A stretch of DNA of 64,000 nucleotides, taken from NCBI GenBank assembly GCA_963702425.1, contig CAVPCQ010000039.1, positions 64,001 to 128,000 on the forward strand, in the 5' to 3' direction. A model generated the notes under the pieces. That model saw only the letters and a list, made by a program, of their open reading frames with translations, did not search any database and was not told where the DNA came from. Of the stretch, positions 49,527-60,387 are shown piece by piece. Position numbers and translations under genes: made by a program. Numbering within the stretch: the first letter of the stretch is position 1; the number at the start of each line of letters is the position of its first letter. Origin of the DNA: an uncultured Acidobacteriota bacterium (GTDB taxonomy: Bacteria > Acidobacteriota > Polarisedimenticolia > J045).

Positions 49527-49772
49527 TCAGACCCCTTCTTCCGTCCGGGCGAGCTTCTCGCGCACCTTCTCGCGCACCTTCTCGCTGACCTCGCCGAGCT
49601 TCTCGCCGGCCTTGCCGTACTTCTCCGAGGCCCAGCGGCCCACCTGCTCGCGTGTCTCCCGCCCGCTCTTGGGCGAGGTCAGCAGCGCGATCCCGGCCCC
49701 GACGAGGCCACCGAGGATGAATGCACCGAGAATGGCGAGTCCGCCCGACCCACGATCGTCGTCCATTGTCAT
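49527..49772 (-). CDS. YtxH domain protein
   Basis: 'FILGGLVGAGIALLTSPKSGRETRE'. Confidence 0.9.
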   Translation of the reverse strand: MTMDDDRGSGGLAILGAFILGGLVGAGIALLTSPKSGRETREQVGRWASEKYGKAGEKLGEVSEKVREKVREKLARTEEGV

Positions 49773-50134
49773 TTCCTCCTGCGAAGAGTGTCGGTGCGGG
49801 GTTTCCTGAACAGCCAGCGCACCACTTTGTACGCCGCGACCAGCCCGGCCGCCAGCGGCGCGCGGCTTCTGAGCGACGACACCGCGCCTTCCAGCTCGTG
49901 TGCCAGCGGCGGGAGCTGGTTGAGCACATCGCTCGCGCGGGCGACCGCCTCGCTCGTCTTGCGGGCGTTCGCCAGCGTGATCTCGAGGTCGGGAACGAGG
50001 CGGGTCACGGCCGTGCGGATCTCCCGCACGGCGGCACGCGCCTCGACGATGAGCTGCACGAGATAGACGGTGAGGACGGACAGCAGCGCAACGACCACGG
50101 CGGCCAGGACGATCCACAGCACCGAAGGGTTCAT
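49769..50134 (-). CDS. DUF948-like protein
   Basis: N-terminal TM plus coiled coil, coupled to the YtxH gene (a common pairing). Confidence 0.7.
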   Translation of the reverse strand: MNPSVLWIVLAAVVVALLSVLTVYLVQLIVEARAAVREIRTAVTRLVPDLEITLANARKTSEAVARASDVLNQLPPLAHELEGAVSSLRSRAPLAAGLVAAYKVVRWLFRKPRTDTLRRRK

Positions 50135-50238
50135 ACGGACGTTGTACCACGCGCCGCGCGCCCGTGTCACCGCGCCGGAGGGCGCGCCCGGGGAACGGGC
50201 TAGCCCGGAGCTGCGGGCGGGTTAGAATCATCGGCTCG

Positions 50239-51219
50239 ATGACCCGATCGTCCCGCGTCTCCTCCGGACACGAGATCGTCGTGGCCTGCGCATCGCCCGC
50301 CGACGCCGGCGTGGCAGGAGCGCTGGCCCGGCACCCCGGCGTCCGCTTCGTCGAGCACCTGCCGCTCGCCGGCCCCGCGCTCGCCGCGGCGGCGGCCGAG
50401 GCCGACGTGCTCGTGACGCGGGCCTGGCAGCGCGTCGATCGCGCCGTGCTCGGGGCCGGGAGCGGTCGCCTCCGGGCCGTCGTCCAGGGGTCGGCGGGAC
50501 TCGACAACGTCGACCACGAGGCGGCTTCGGAGCTGGGGGTGGAGGTGGTCGCGGTCGATCCCGGCAACGCGACCGGGGTCGCGGAGCTGACGCTCCTGTC
50601 GCTGATCGCGCTCTGGCGCGGCCTCCCCGCGCACTGGAGCGCGACCGCCGCCGGCCGGTGGCCCGATCGCGAGCGGCTGCCCGACCGCGAGATCGCCGGG
50701 AAGACGCTCGGCCTGGTCGGGCTGGGCCGGGTCGGGACCCGGGTCAGCCGCCGCGCCCGGGCCTGCGAGATGACCGTGCTGGCGGTCGATCCCTACATCC
50801 CCGCGGAGACGTTCCCGGCTTCCGGTGCGGTGCGGGTCGCCTCGCTCGAGGAACTGCTGCCGCGCTGCGATGCGCTCAGCCTGCACTGCCCGCTGACCGC
50901 CGAGACGCGGGGGATGATCGGTGCCGCCCAGCTGACCCGGTTGCCCGCAGGGGCGCTGCTGATCAACACCGCGCGCGGCGGGATCGTGGACGAGGCGGCC
51001 CTGGCGGCCGCGCTCGACGCCGGACGCCTCGCGGGTGCGGCGCTCGACGTGTTCGAGCGCGAGCCGGTCGTGGCTGCGGGGATCGCCTCGCACGCGAAGG
51101 TGCTCGCCACACCCCACCTCGCGGGTCACACGCTCGAATCCCATCACGCCCGCGCCCGGAACCTCGCTGAAGCGTTGGAGGCGCTCGTCGTCCGCCTGGC
51201 TCCGGAGGACCGTCGATGA
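50239..51219 (+). CDS. D-isomer-specific 2-hydroxyacid dehydrogenase (SerA-like)
   Basis: 'GKTLGLVGLGRVG', 'LSLHCPLTAETRGMI', 'INTARGGIVDE', 'ATPHLAG'. Confidence 0.92.
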   Translation: MTRSSRVSSGHEIVVACASPADAGVAGALARHPGVRFVEHLPLAGPALAAAAAEADVLVTRAWQRVDRAVLGAGSGRLRAVVQGSAGLDNVDHEAASELGVEVVAVDPGNATGVAELTLLSLIALWRGLPAHWSATAAGRWPDRERLPDREIAGKTLGLVGLGRVGTRVSRRARACEMTVLAVDPYIPAETFPASGAVRVASLEELLPRCDALSLHCPLTAETRGMIGAAQLTRLPAGALLINTARGGIVDEAALAAALDAGRLAGAALDVFEREPVVAAGIASHAKVLATPHLAGHTLESHHARARNLAEALEALVVRLAPEDRR

Positions 51220-53282
51220 AGCAGGGCCGGGCCCGGCGCATCCTCATCATCGCGGTGCTCGCGCTGGTGCTCGCCGCCCTCGCGCCGGCGGATGCGGCAA
51301 AGAAGAAGAGCCGTAGCACCTCGAAGAAGAAGAGCGTCGCCGCCGCGCCGCTGCCGAAGCTTCCCGACGTACCACCCCTGGTGCTCGAGTCGGCCGGGCC
51401 GGGGGAGTTCGTCCGCGGCGTCGTCGTGCCGGGCTCTCGCCTTGCGGGAGTCGTCGTCTGGCCGCGGCGTGACGTGCTCGAGCGGCCGGGACTCCCGGCC
51501 GGTTCGGCGCTCGTCTCGGCCCAGCTCGCAGCGCTCGTCGCGGCCGCCGCGGAGCCGGGCGCGATGCCTCTCGTGGCACTGCTGCCGGACGGGATCGCGG
51601 TCGGTGCGCGATTCGACGCCGGCGACGAGGCCCGCCTCGCGCGCCTGCTGACGGCGCTGGCCACGCCGCGCCCGGCAGCCGACGCGCCGCGCCAGCAGGC
51701 GCTCGAGCGGCTGCAGAAGATGGCCGGCGAGCACTGGTCGAACCCGGAGACGGTCGCACGCCGCGCCGCGCTCGGGCTGCTCTATCCAGGGAGCGGGTTC
51801 CCGTGGGATCCGGTCCCGGGCCCGCAGGCGGTCAGCGACGCCGACGCCGGCGCACGGGCCGTCGTGTTCGCCGCGGTGCGCGAGGCGCCGGTGCGGTTTC
51901 TCGTCGCCGGCCCCGCGGGCCTGGCGGGCCGACTGTCCGGCCAGCTTCCCCGCCGCAGCGGTGCGACCCCCGCGGCGGAGGCCCCGCTCCCGGCGGGGCG
52001 CGCGCCGCTGAGCGCGATCGTCGACGAGGAAGACGGCAGCGGGTCGCCGGGGAAGGTCGGGCTGGCGCTCGCGTTCTCGCTGGCAGGCTCCACCGCGGCC
52101 CCGACCCAGCGGGCGACGCTCGCCGTCCTGGCGGAAGGGCTGACCGAGGGCGAGGGCTCGCTGGCGCAACGCCTGAAGGTCGTGCTGGGCGAGCCCGCCC
52201 CGGCGCGGGTGGAGATCGTGCGCGGCAGCGGGAGTGACGAGGCCCTTGTGATGAGCGCGCTCGTCCCCGCCCCGTCGGCCGGCCTCGCGTGGCGCGTCCT
52301 GAGCGGCGCCGTCGTTTCGGTCCGGACGATCGCGCTGCGCGACGACGCGATCTACCGCGCACGCCGCCGTCTGGTCGAGGAAGCACTGGCGCGGCGGGCT
52401 GACCCGGCCGCGGCGCTGCTCGACGCCTTCGCGGGCGGGACGGCCGCCGCCCCGTCGCCGCCAACGACGCGCGCCGGCGACGTGCAGCTCGCTGCGCAAC
52501 AGGCCTTCGTTCCGGAGCGGCAGGCCTCGGTCGCAGCCGGACCGCTGGCCGACGAGATCGCGGAGATCCCGGAGTTCCAGCAGGCGCTGCGCCTGGCGTG
52601 GGAGCGCTTCGACCCGCTGTCGGAGACGATGATGCAGTCCGGCGACGCGGCCGAGCGCGACACCGCCGCGGCCCAGGAGCTGGCGCGGGCGGCGCTGGCT
52701 GCGCTCGCGGACGGGAAGCCCCCCGCCTTCGACCCGCGCTACCACGCGACCTACCGCGTGCGCGAGGAGACGCCGGCCGGCCCGATCGAGTCGACGCTCC
52801 GCGTGGTCGCCTCCGCCGAGGGGATCTCGTGGTCGATCGACGCCGCGGACTGGACGATCGAGGCCGAGGAACGGCCGGGGAAGGGAAGCCCTTCGCCGGA
52901 CGGCGTGATCCACCTGCCGCAGCCGAACCGTCTGCTCGGGATGGCGCTGCGCGAGCCGGCGATCCTGCTCGCGAGCGTGGTCGACGGTGCGGTGGCAGCG
53001 GAGGTGGTGCGCGCGGCTTGCGACGGTGCGCTGTGCCCGGCGCTGCGGGCGGAACTGGAGGACGGCTCGATCCTGACGCTCGTCCTCGACGAGACGACGA
53101 AGATGCCGCGCGCGCTGCGCACCTGGTGGCCCGGCAAGGACGAAAGCCGCGTGCCCGACGAGCAGGTCCGCTACATCGGCTGGCGCAAGGCCGGCCCGGT
53201 GCGCGTCGCGGAGCTGGTCTCGGTCGAGGACGCGCTCGGCACCACGCGCCGCATCTCGCTCGACGAGTGGAGCTGGCCGTGA
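51216..53282 (+). CDS. Secreted hypothetical protein, possibly a degenerate M16 peptidase fold plus C-terminal beta domain
   Basis: Signal peptide; 'LAVLAEGLTEGEGSLAQRL' resembles the M16_C helix; no HxxEH. Translationally coupled on both sides. Confidence 0.55.
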   Translation: MKQGRARRILIIAVLALVLAALAPADAAKKKSRSTSKKKSVAAAPLPKLPDVPPLVLESAGPGEFVRGVVVPGSRLAGVVVWPRRDVLERPGLPAGSALVSAQLAALVAAAAEPGAMPLVALLPDGIAVGARFDAGDEARLARLLTALATPRPAADAPRQQALERLQKMAGEHWSNPETVARRAALGLLYPGSGFPWDPVPGPQAVSDADAGARAVVFAAVREAPVRFLVAGPAGLAGRLSGQLPRRSGATPAAEAPLPAGRAPLSAIVDEEDGSGSPGKVGLALAFSLAGSTAAPTQRATLAVLAEGLTEGEGSLAQRLKVVLGEPAPARVEIVRGSGSDEALVMSALVPAPSAGLAWRVLSGAVVSVRTIALRDDAIYRARRRLVEEALARRADPAAALLDAFAGGTAAAPSPPTTRAGDVQLAAQQAFVPERQASVAAGPLADEIAEIPEFQQALRLAWERFDPLSETMMQSGDAAERDTAAAQELARAALAALADGKPPAFDPRYHATYRVREETPAGPIESTLRVVASAEGISWSIDAADWTIEAEERPGKGSPSPDGVIHLPQPNRLLGMALREPAILLASVVDGAVAAEVVRAACDGALCPALRAELEDGSILTLVLDETTKMPRALRTWWPGKDESRVPDEQVRYIGWRKAGPVRVAELVSVEDALGTTRRISLDEWSWP

Positions 53283-55141
53283 GCGCACCGGCCGGCGATG
53301 CGCGTCCCGCGGAGGGAAGGCTGCCGCTCGACCGCGTCGTGGTCCGGATCGCGGGCGATTCGGGCGACGGGATCCAGGTCACCGGCGGTCAGCTGACGTC
53401 GACCTCCGCCCTCGCCGGCAACGACGTCGCGACGCTCCCGGATTTTCCCGCCGAGATCCGCGCACCGGCCGGGACGCTTCCCGGCGTCTCCGGGTTCCAG
53501 CTGCAGTTCTCCGCGTCGGAGATCATGACCCCCGGCGACCAGGCCGACGTGCTGGTGGCGTTCAACCCGGCCGCGCTGAAGGTCCACCTCAAGGACCTCA
53601 AGCGTGGCGGGATCCTGATCGTCAACGAGGACGCCTTCGACGAGAACGGCCTGCGGAAGGCGGGCCTCGCCGCGAACCCGCTCGACGACGGCACGCTCGC
53701 CAACACCACGCTGCACCGCGTGGCGATCTCGCGCCTCACGCGCGAGGCGCTCGCCGAGACCGGGCTCGGCGCCAAGGACGCCGAGCGCTGCAAGAACTTC
53801 TTCGTGCTCGGCATCCTCTACTGGCTCTACGGCCGGCCGGTCGAGCCGACCGCACGCTGGATCCGGGACAAGTACGCGAAGCGCCCCGAGCTGGCCGCTG
53901 CCAACGAGAAGGTGCTGCGCGCCGGCTTCAACTACGGCAACACGGCGCGCATCTTCCAGAGCGTCTACGAGGTCCCCCCGGCGCGGCTCGAGCCGGGGCT
54001 CTACCGCAACCTCGACGGCAACGAGGCGATCGCGCTGGCTCTGGCGAGCATCGCCCAGCGCTCGGGGCTGCGCGTCGTCCTCGGCAGCTACCCGATCACC
54101 CCCGCTTCGACCGTGCTGCACGCCTGCAGCCGGCTGAAGTCTTACGGTGTCGTCGCCTACCAGGCCGAAGACGAGATCGCGAGCATCGGGGCCGCGCTCG
54201 GGGCAGCGTTCGGGGGCGCACTCGGCGTGACCGCGACGAGCGGGCCCGGGATGGCGCTCAAGGGCGAGATGCTCGGCTTGGCGACGATGGTCGAGCTGCC
54301 GCTCCTCGTTTTCGACATCCAGCGGGCCGGCCCCTCGACCGGCATGCCGACCAGGACCGAACAGTCGGACCTGCTGATGGCGATGTTCGGCCGCCACGGC
54401 GAATCGCCGCTGCCGATCCTGGCGCCGGCGACCCCGTCGGACTGCTTCTGGATCACGCTCGAGGCGGCGCGGATCGCGGTCCGGTACCGCACCCCGGTGA
54501 TCGTGCTCTCGGAGGGTTACCTCGCGAGCGGTTCCGAGCCGTTCCGGGTTCCGAGCCCGGAGCAGATCCCGGCGCTCGACCCGGCCTACCTGACCGACCC
54601 GGAGCGCTTCTCCGGGACCTACGCGCGCGACCCTCTGACCCTGGCCCGCCCCTGGATCCCGGCCGGCACGCCCGGGCTCCAGCACCGGATCGGGGGGCTC
54701 GAGAAGGACGACCTCGGGCAGGTCTCCTATGACGCCCAGAACCACCAGCGGATGGTCGCGCTGCGGGCCGGCAAGATCGCGGGGATCGCGGCCGACATCC
54801 CGCCGGCGCATCTCGAGGAAGGGGCGATCGGCGACGAACTCCTGGTCGTCGGCTGGGGCTCGACTTACGGCGCGATCACTCAGGCGGTGCGGGAGGAGCG
54901 CGCCGCGGGCCGGCGGGTGGCGAGCCTGCACCTGCGTCACCTGAACCCGCTGCCCGGCGGGCTCGAGCGGCTCCTGGGCGCATTCCCGCGGGTGCTCGTG
55001 CCCGAGCTGAACATGGGCCAGCTGCTCTGGCTCCTTTCCGCGCGCTTCCACCTCGACGCCGTCGGCTTCCACAAGGTGCAGGGCGTCCCGTTCCGCGTGG
55101 GGGAGATCCGCGCGCGCATCGCCGAACTGCTGGGAGCCTGA
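53279..55141 (+). CDS. korA: 2-oxoacid:acceptor oxidoreductase subunit alpha
   Basis: 'RIAGDSGDGIQ', 'PAEIRAPAGT', 'YPITPAS', 'QAEDEIA', 'QRAGPSTGMPT'. Confidence 0.93.
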   Translation: MSAPAGDARPAEGRLPLDRVVVRIAGDSGDGIQVTGGQLTSTSALAGNDVATLPDFPAEIRAPAGTLPGVSGFQLQFSASEIMTPGDQADVLVAFNPAALKVHLKDLKRGGILIVNEDAFDENGLRKAGLAANPLDDGTLANTTLHRVAISRLTREALAETGLGAKDAERCKNFFVLGILYWLYGRPVEPTARWIRDKYAKRPELAAANEKVLRAGFNYGNTARIFQSVYEVPPARLEPGLYRNLDGNEAIALALASIAQRSGLRVVLGSYPITPASTVLHACSRLKSYGVVAYQAEDEIASIGAALGAAFGGALGVTATSGPGMALKGEMLGLATMVELPLLVFDIQRAGPSTGMPTRTEQSDLLMAMFGRHGESPLPILAPATPSDCFWITLEAARIAVRYRTPVIVLSEGYLASGSEPFRVPSPEQIPALDPAYLTDPERFSGTYARDPLTLARPWIPAGTPGLQHRIGGLEKDDLGQVSYDAQNHQRMVALRAGKIAGIAADIPPAHLEEGAIGDELLVVGWGSTYGAITQAVREERAAGRRVASLHLRHLNPLPGGLERLLGAFPRVLVPELNMGQLLWLLSARFHLDAVGFHKVQGVPFRVGEIRARIAELLGA

Positions 55142-55142
55142 G

Positions 55143-56156
55143 ATGGCCGCCCCCGAGACGCCGCCGCTGACCCGGAAGGACTTCGCCTCGGACCAGGAGG
55201 TGCGCTGGTGCCCCGGCTGCGGCGACTACGCGATCCTGAGCACGGTCCAGGCTGTCTTCGCGAAACTCGGCCTGGCGCGGGAGCGCACGGTCGTCGTGTC
55301 GGGGATCGGCTGTTCCTCGCGCTTCCCGTACTACATGAACACTTACGGCTTCCACACCCTGCACGGTCGTGCGCCGGGGATCGCGACCGGGCTCAAGTTG
55401 GCCAACCCGGGGCTCTCGGTGTGGGTCGTCACCGGCGACGGGGATGCGCTGGCGATCGGCGCCAACCATTTCCTTCACGCGATGCGGCGCAACGTGGACC
55501 TGAAGATCCTCCTCTTCAACAACCGAATCTACGGGTTGACCAAAGGTCAGTTCTCGCCGACCTCGGCGCGCGGCCAGCGGACCCCCTCGACGCCGCTGGG
55601 GTCGCTCGACGCGCCGTTCAACCCGCTGGCCCTCGCGCTCGGGGCCGGAGCGAGCTTCGTCGCGCGCAGCGTGGACCGTTTCGGGCCCCACCTGGCGGAG
55701 GTTCTCGAGCGCGCGGCCGCGCACCGCGGGACGGCCTTCGTCGAGATCTTCCAGAACTGCAACATCTTCAACGACGGCACTTTCGGCTACCTGACGGACA
55801 AGGACGGCCGGGTCGATCACGCGCTCTACCTGAAGCCGGGCGAGCCGCTCCTCTTCGGCCGTGCAGGGGGAATCGGGCTCGGGCCGGCAGGGGAGTTGGT
55901 GCGGATCGACGCCGCCGCGGCCCCAGGGCAGGTGTTGCGGCATGACCCGGCGGCAGCGAGCCCGGCCCGCGCCTTCGCCCTGGCGCAGCTCGATCACCCG
56001 GCGTTTCCGGTCCCGCTCGGGGTCTTTCGCGCGGTCGAACGGCCGACGCTCGAGGGGGAGCACGAGCGGCAGGCGGAGGAGGCTCGGCGCAGTGCGCCGG
56101 CCGACCTCGCCCGGCTGCTGGCGGGCCCCGAGACCTGGGAGGTCGAGGGCGGCTGA
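55143..56156 (+). CDS. korB: 2-oxoacid:ferredoxin oxidoreductase subunit beta
   Basis: 'WCPGCGD', 'SGIGCSSR', 'GDGDALAIG', 'NNRIYGLTKGQFSPT'. Confidence 0.93.
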   Translation: MAAPETPPLTRKDFASDQEVRWCPGCGDYAILSTVQAVFAKLGLARERTVVVSGIGCSSRFPYYMNTYGFHTLHGRAPGIATGLKLANPGLSVWVVTGDGDALAIGANHFLHAMRRNVDLKILLFNNRIYGLTKGQFSPTSARGQRTPSTPLGSLDAPFNPLALALGAGASFVARSVDRFGPHLAEVLERAAAHRGTAFVEIFQNCNIFNDGTFGYLTDKDGRVDHALYLKPGEPLLFGRAGGIGLGPAGELVRIDAAAAPGQVLRHDPAAASPARAFALAQLDHPAFPVPLGVFRAVERPTLEGEHERQAEEARRSAPADLARLLAGPETWEVEGG

Positions 56157-56192
56157 AGGCCCCGCCCGGGCGCCCCGCGCGGCAGCTCCGGG

Positions 56193-56221
56193 TTGACACG
56201 GGCCAGGGGGGCGGGTAGCCT
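56193..56221 (+). promoter_or_regulatory. Sigma-70 promoter of the rplM operon
   Basis: TTGACA-N17-TAGCCT. Confidence 0.7.
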
Positions 56222-56317
56222 TCCGCGGTTTTGTTTTTCGCGACCCCGCGCGGCGGGGCGAGGTGCCTTCCTGCGCCGCGCGGCGCTCTTCAGCCCGGAT
56301 CGAAAGAGGAATGCAGC

Positions 56318-56770
56318 ATGCGCACGTACTTCCCGTCCAAGGGTGAGATCCCGCGCGAATGGTGGGTCGTGGACGCGACCGGGATTCCTCTCGGCCGCCT
56401 GGCCACCGTGGTGGCCCACCACCTCCGCGGCAAGAACAAGACCGGCTTCGTGCCGTTTCTCGACACCGGCGACTTCGTCATCGTCGTGAACGCCGACAAG
56501 GCCGTCCTCACCGGGCGGAAGCTGGACCAGAAGATCTACCACCATCACAGCGGCCACCCCGGCGGGATCTACCATGCCACCGCGCGCGTGATGCTGAGCC
56601 AGCGTCCCGAAAAGGCGGTCGAACTGGCGGTGTGGGGGATGCTCCCCAAGAACAAGCTCGGCCGACGGCTGTATACCAAGCTCAAGGTGTACCGCGGAGG
56701 GGACCACCCTCACCGGGCACAGAAGCCGAAGGTGCTCAAAGTCGTGGCCCCCGCCAGGAGTGAGTCATGA
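56318..56770 (+). CDS. rplM: 50S ribosomal protein L13
   Basis: 'WWVVDA...LGRLA...[11 protein letters not shown]...[10 protein letters not shown]'. Confidence 0.98.
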   Translation: MRTYFPSKGEIPREWWVVDATGIPLGRLATVVAHHLRGKNKTGFVPFLDTGDFVIVVNADKAVLTGRKLDQKIYHHHSGHPGGIYHATARVMLSQRPEKAVELAVWGMLPKNKLGRRLYTKLKVYRGGDHPHRAQKPKVLKVVAPARSES

Positions 56771-57162
56771 GCGCGATGATCCAGTACAACGGCACCGGCC
56801 GGCGCAAGGAAGCCGTGGCCCGCGTCTACGTCCGCCCCGGGACGGGCGTGGTGCGCGTCAACAACCGCCCCTTTGACGACTACTTCCCGCAGGCGACCCT
56901 GCGGATGATGATCGAAAAGCCGCTGGCTCTGACCGAGACCCGCGACAAGCTCGATGTGATCGCGACCATCGCGGGCGGCGGCCCCACGGGCCAGGCCGGA
57001 GCCATGCGGCTCGGCATCGCCCGCGCACTGCTCGAGTTCGATGCCTCGCTCCGCCCGAAGCTCAAGGTGGAGGGGCTGTTGACGCGCGACGCGCGCGAAG
57101 TGGAACGCAAGAAATACGGCCAGCCGGGGGCGAGGAAGCGCTTCCAGTTCAGCAAGCGCTGA
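56767..57162 (+). CDS. rpsI: 30S ribosomal protein S9
   Basis: '[12 protein letters not shown]', '[19 protein letters not shown]'. Confidence 0.98.
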   Translation: MSAMIQYNGTGRRKEAVARVYVRPGTGVVRVNNRPFDDYFPQATLRMMIEKPLALTETRDKLDVIATIAGGGPTGQAGAMRLGIARALLEFDASLRPKLKVEGLLTRDAREVERKKYGQPGARKRFQFSKR

Positions 57163-57268
57163 CGGTGCGCCCCCTCGGGCGTCGGGCCCGGGGGGTGCGG
57201 ACCAGCCGACTGGCGACAACCCAAGGCGTCCGCCTTCCTCGAGGCGGAGCCTGCCATCGGAGGTATTC

Positions 57269-58156
57269 GTGGATCAGACCGTCGCAGTCAGCCTGCGCGA
57301 GCTGCTCGAGGTCGGCGCGCACTTCGGCCACCAGCGCAGCCGCTGGAACCCCGCCATGCGCCCGTACATCTTCGGGCTGCGCGGGGGCGTCTACGTCATC
57401 GACCTCCAGAAGACGGTGGTCCTGCTGCAGGACGCGATCAACTTCACCCGCGACCTCGCGGCACAGGGGAAGATCGTGCTGTTCGTCGGCACCAAGAAGC
57501 AGGCCCAGGAGATCGTCATTCGCGAGGCCCGGCGCTGCGAGATGTTCTACGTCGACGAGCGCTGGCTGGGCGGCCTGCTCACCAACTGGGCCACCGTGAA
57601 GCGCTCGATCGACAAGCTCAAGGAGCTCGAGACTCTCGAGACCGACGCCAAGTTCGCGCACCTGACCAAGAAGGAGCGGCTCTCGCTGGCCAAGACCCGC
57701 GCGCGGCTCGACAAGACCCTGTCCGGCATCAAGGACATGGGACGCCGCCCGGACGCGATCTTCATCGTCGACGTCGGCCGCGAGGCGATCGCCGTCGACG
57801 AGGCGAACAAGCTCGGCATCCCGGTGATCGGGATCGTCGACACCAACTCGGACCCGAGCCGGATCGACTTTCCGGTGCCGGCCAACGACGACGCGATCCG
57901 CTCGATCGAACTGATCACGAGCCGGCTCGCCGACGCGGTCAACGAGGGCCGGAACATCTGGCGCTCGCAGCGGCCCGAGCGCACCCAGCGCCCGGCGCGC
58001 CGGCGCACCGGACGCGACGACGCGGCGGTCGACACGGCCCCGGTCGCGGCGCTGGAGGAGACCGAGCTGACGGCCCCCGTGGCGCTGGACGCCCCCGAGC
58101 CGCCGGACAGCCCCGTGGCGCCGGACAGCCCCGGTCCGGTCATCGACCAGGCTTGA
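57269..58156 (+). CDS. rpsB: 30S ribosomal protein S2
   Basis: 'LLEVGAHFGH', 'FVGTKKQA', 'RWLGGLLTN', 'PANDDAIRS'. Confidence 0.98.
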   Translation: MDQTVAVSLRELLEVGAHFGHQRSRWNPAMRPYIFGLRGGVYVIDLQKTVVLLQDAINFTRDLAAQGKIVLFVGTKKQAQEIVIREARRCEMFYVDERWLGGLLTNWATVKRSIDKLKELETLETDAKFAHLTKKERLSLAKTRARLDKTLSGIKDMGRRPDAIFIVDVGREAIAVDEANKLGIPVIGIVDTNSDPSRIDFPVPANDDAIRSIELITSRLADAVNEGRNIWRSQRPERTQRPARRRTGRDDAAVDTAPVAALEETELTAPVALDAPEPPDSPVAPDSPGPVIDQA

Positions 58157-58204
58157 CCGGCCGCCCTGCGGCAAGCCCCGCGGGCCCGGCCTGAGAGGAA
58201 TCCG

Positions 58205-59059
58205 ATGAACATTGCGGCGAGCGACGTGAAGAAACTCCGCGACATGACCGGCGCGGGCATGATGGATTGCAAGGAAGCCCTCGCGGCGAGTCACGGCGAT
58301 TTCGACGAGGCGATCGACTTCCTGCGCAAGAAGGGACTCTCCAAGGCCGCGAAGAAGACCGATCGCGAGACCAAGGAAGGCCTGGTCGATGCGAAGGTCG
58401 AGGGACGGCGCGGAGCGCTGATCCAGGTCGGCTGCGAGACCGACTTCGTCGCCCGGACCGACGACTTCACCGGCTTCGTCGCGGCGCTGCTGCAGAAGGC
58501 ATTCCACGAGAAGGTCGGCTCCGCGGAGCAGCTGCTCGCCCGGCCGTTCAGCGGCGACGGTGGCGTCAGCGTCCACGACGTCGTCACGGAGAAGATCGCC
58601 AAGCTGGGCGAGAACATGCAGGTCGCGCGGGTCGCCTTCTTCGAGGCCCCGAAGGGCGCGGTCCATGCCTACATCCACCCCGGCAACCGGGTGGGCGTGC
58701 TGCTCGAGGTCCAGGCGGACGACGCCACGCTGTCCGCGCTCGCGCCGACGGTCCACGACATCGCGATGCAGGTCGCCGCCTTCGCGCCGTCCTTCGTACG
58801 CCGCGAGGAGGTCGACGCGGCGACGCTCGACAAGGAGCGCGAGATCGCGCGCGAGCAGCTCAAGGAGTCCGGCAAGCCGGCGGCGGTGATCGAGAAGATC
58901 GTCGACGGGAAGCTCGGCAAGTACTACGAGGAGGCCTGCCTGCTCGAGCAGCCCTTCATCCGGGACGACTCGAAGAAGCTCGCCGACGTGGTGCGGGAAG
59001 CGGCCGGTGGCAGGCCGTTCGAGGTCGTCCGCTTCGCACGCTTCGCCCTCGGCGCCTGA
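58205..59059 (+). CDS. tsf: Elongation factor Ts
   Basis: 'VKKLRDMTGAGMMDCKEAL', 'CETDFVA'. Confidence 0.98.
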   Translation: MNIAASDVKKLRDMTGAGMMDCKEALAASHGDFDEAIDFLRKKGLSKAAKKTDRETKEGLVDAKVEGRRGALIQVGCETDFVARTDDFTGFVAALLQKAFHEKVGSAEQLLARPFSGDGGVSVHDVVTEKIAKLGENMQVARVAFFEAPKGAVHAYIHPGNRVGVLLEVQADDATLSALAPTVHDIAMQVAAFAPSFVRREEVDAATLDKEREIAREQLKESGKPAAVIEKIVDGKLGKYYEEACLLEQPFIRDDSKKLADVVREAAGGRPFEVVRFARFALGA

Positions 59060-59068
59060 GGCGCGGCG

Positions 59069-59824
59069 GTGGACGCCGGCGATTCCGGGCGCGCTTCCCC
59101 GGCCAGCGGTGAGCCGCGCTATCGCCGCATCCTGCTCAAGCTCTCCGGCGAAGCGCTGCTCGGGTCCCGCGAATTCGGGATCGATCCGGCCGTCGTCCAG
59201 GAGATCGCCCGCGAGGTCGCAGCCGTCCACGCCCTCGGCGTGCAGATCGGGATGGTGCTCGGCGGCGGGAACATCTTCCGCGGCGTCGCCACGGCGGCGC
59301 GCGGCGGTGTCGACCGAGTCACCGGCGATCAGATGGGGATGCTGGCGACCGTCATGAACTCGCTGGCTTTCCAGGATGGGCTCGAGGCGGTGGGGATCGA
59401 GACGCGGGTCCTCTCCGCGGTTGCGATGCCCCAGCTGGCCGAGCCGTTCATCCGCCGGCGCGCGCTCCGCCACCTCGAAAAAGGCCGGATCGTGATCCTC
59501 GCGGCCGGCACCGGAAACCCCTACTTCACGACCGACACCGCGGCGGCGCTGCGAGCCATGGAGCTGCGCGCCGAAGTGCTGATGAAGGCGACCCGGGTCG
59601 ACGGAATCTACGACAAGGACCCCAGGCAGCACCCCGACGCCGTGCTGTTCGCGGAGATCAGCTACCGCGAGGTGATGGCCCGGCAGCTGGCGGTGATGGA
59701 TGCGACGGCGATCACGCTCTGCATGGACAACCGGATGCCGATCCTCGTCTTCAACCTGATGCGACCGGGCAGCATCGTCGCGGCGGTGAAGGGCGAGACG
59801 ATCGGGTCGATCGTGAAGGAGTAG
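59069..59824 (+). CDS. pyrH: UMP kinase
   Basis: '[11 protein letters not shown]', 'GGGNIFRG', '[10 protein letters not shown]'. Confidence 0.97.
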   Translation: MDAGDSGRASPASGEPRYRRILLKLSGEALLGSREFGIDPAVVQEIAREVAAVHALGVQIGMVLGGGNIFRGVATAARGGVDRVTGDQMGMLATVMNSLAFQDGLEAVGIETRVLSAVAMPQLAEPFIRRRALRHLEKGRIVILAAGTGNPYFTTDTAAALRAMELRAEVLMKATRVDGIYDKDPRQHPDAVLFAEISYREVMARQLAVMDATAITLCMDNRMPILVFNLMRPGSIVAAVKGETIGSIVKE

Positions 59825-59829
59825 CGACG

Positions 59830-60387
59830 ATGCTCGAGAAGGTCTTCACCGACGCCGAGAAGGGGATGGACCAGGCGGTCGACGCCGTGAAGCGCGAGCT
59901 GACCAGCCTGCGCACGGGACGCGCCTCGGTCTCGATCCTCGACGGGATCTCGGTCGACTACTACGGCTCGCCGACCCCGCTCGCCCAGATGTGCAAGTTG
60001 TCGACGCCGGACGCCGGGACGATCGTCGCCCAGCCGTTCGATCCGTCGGTGATCAAGGATGTCGAGAAGGCGATCAAGGCCGCCGACCTCGGTCTGAACC
60101 CGAGCAACGACGGCAAGGTCGTCCGGATTCCGATCCCGCCGCTGACCGAAGAACGCCGCAAGCAGCTCGTCAAGAAGGTCGGCCAGATCGTCGAGGACGG
60201 GAAGAACGGCGTGCGGCAGGTCCGGCGCGAGGCCAACGACGAGGTCAAGCGGCTCGAGAAGGACGGGAAGGTGTCGGAGGACGAAGCACGCCGCAGCCTG
60301 GAGCGGGTGCAGAAGCTGACCGACGACCACTCGAAGAAACTCGACGATCTCGGCAAGGCGAAGGACAAGGAGCTGATGGAGTTCTGA
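59830..60387 (+). CDS. frr: Ribosome recycling factor
   Basis: 'LRTGRAS', 'VDYYGSPTPL', 'PPLTEERRK'. Confidence 0.98.
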   Translation: MLEKVFTDAEKGMDQAVDAVKRELTSLRTGRASVSILDGISVDYYGSPTPLAQMCKLSTPDAGTIVAQPFDPSVIKDVEKAIKAADLGLNPSNDGKVVRIPIPPLTEERRKQLVKKVGQIVEDGKNGVRQVRREANDEVKRLEKDGKVSEDEARRSLERVQKLTDDHSKKLDDLGKAKDKELMEF

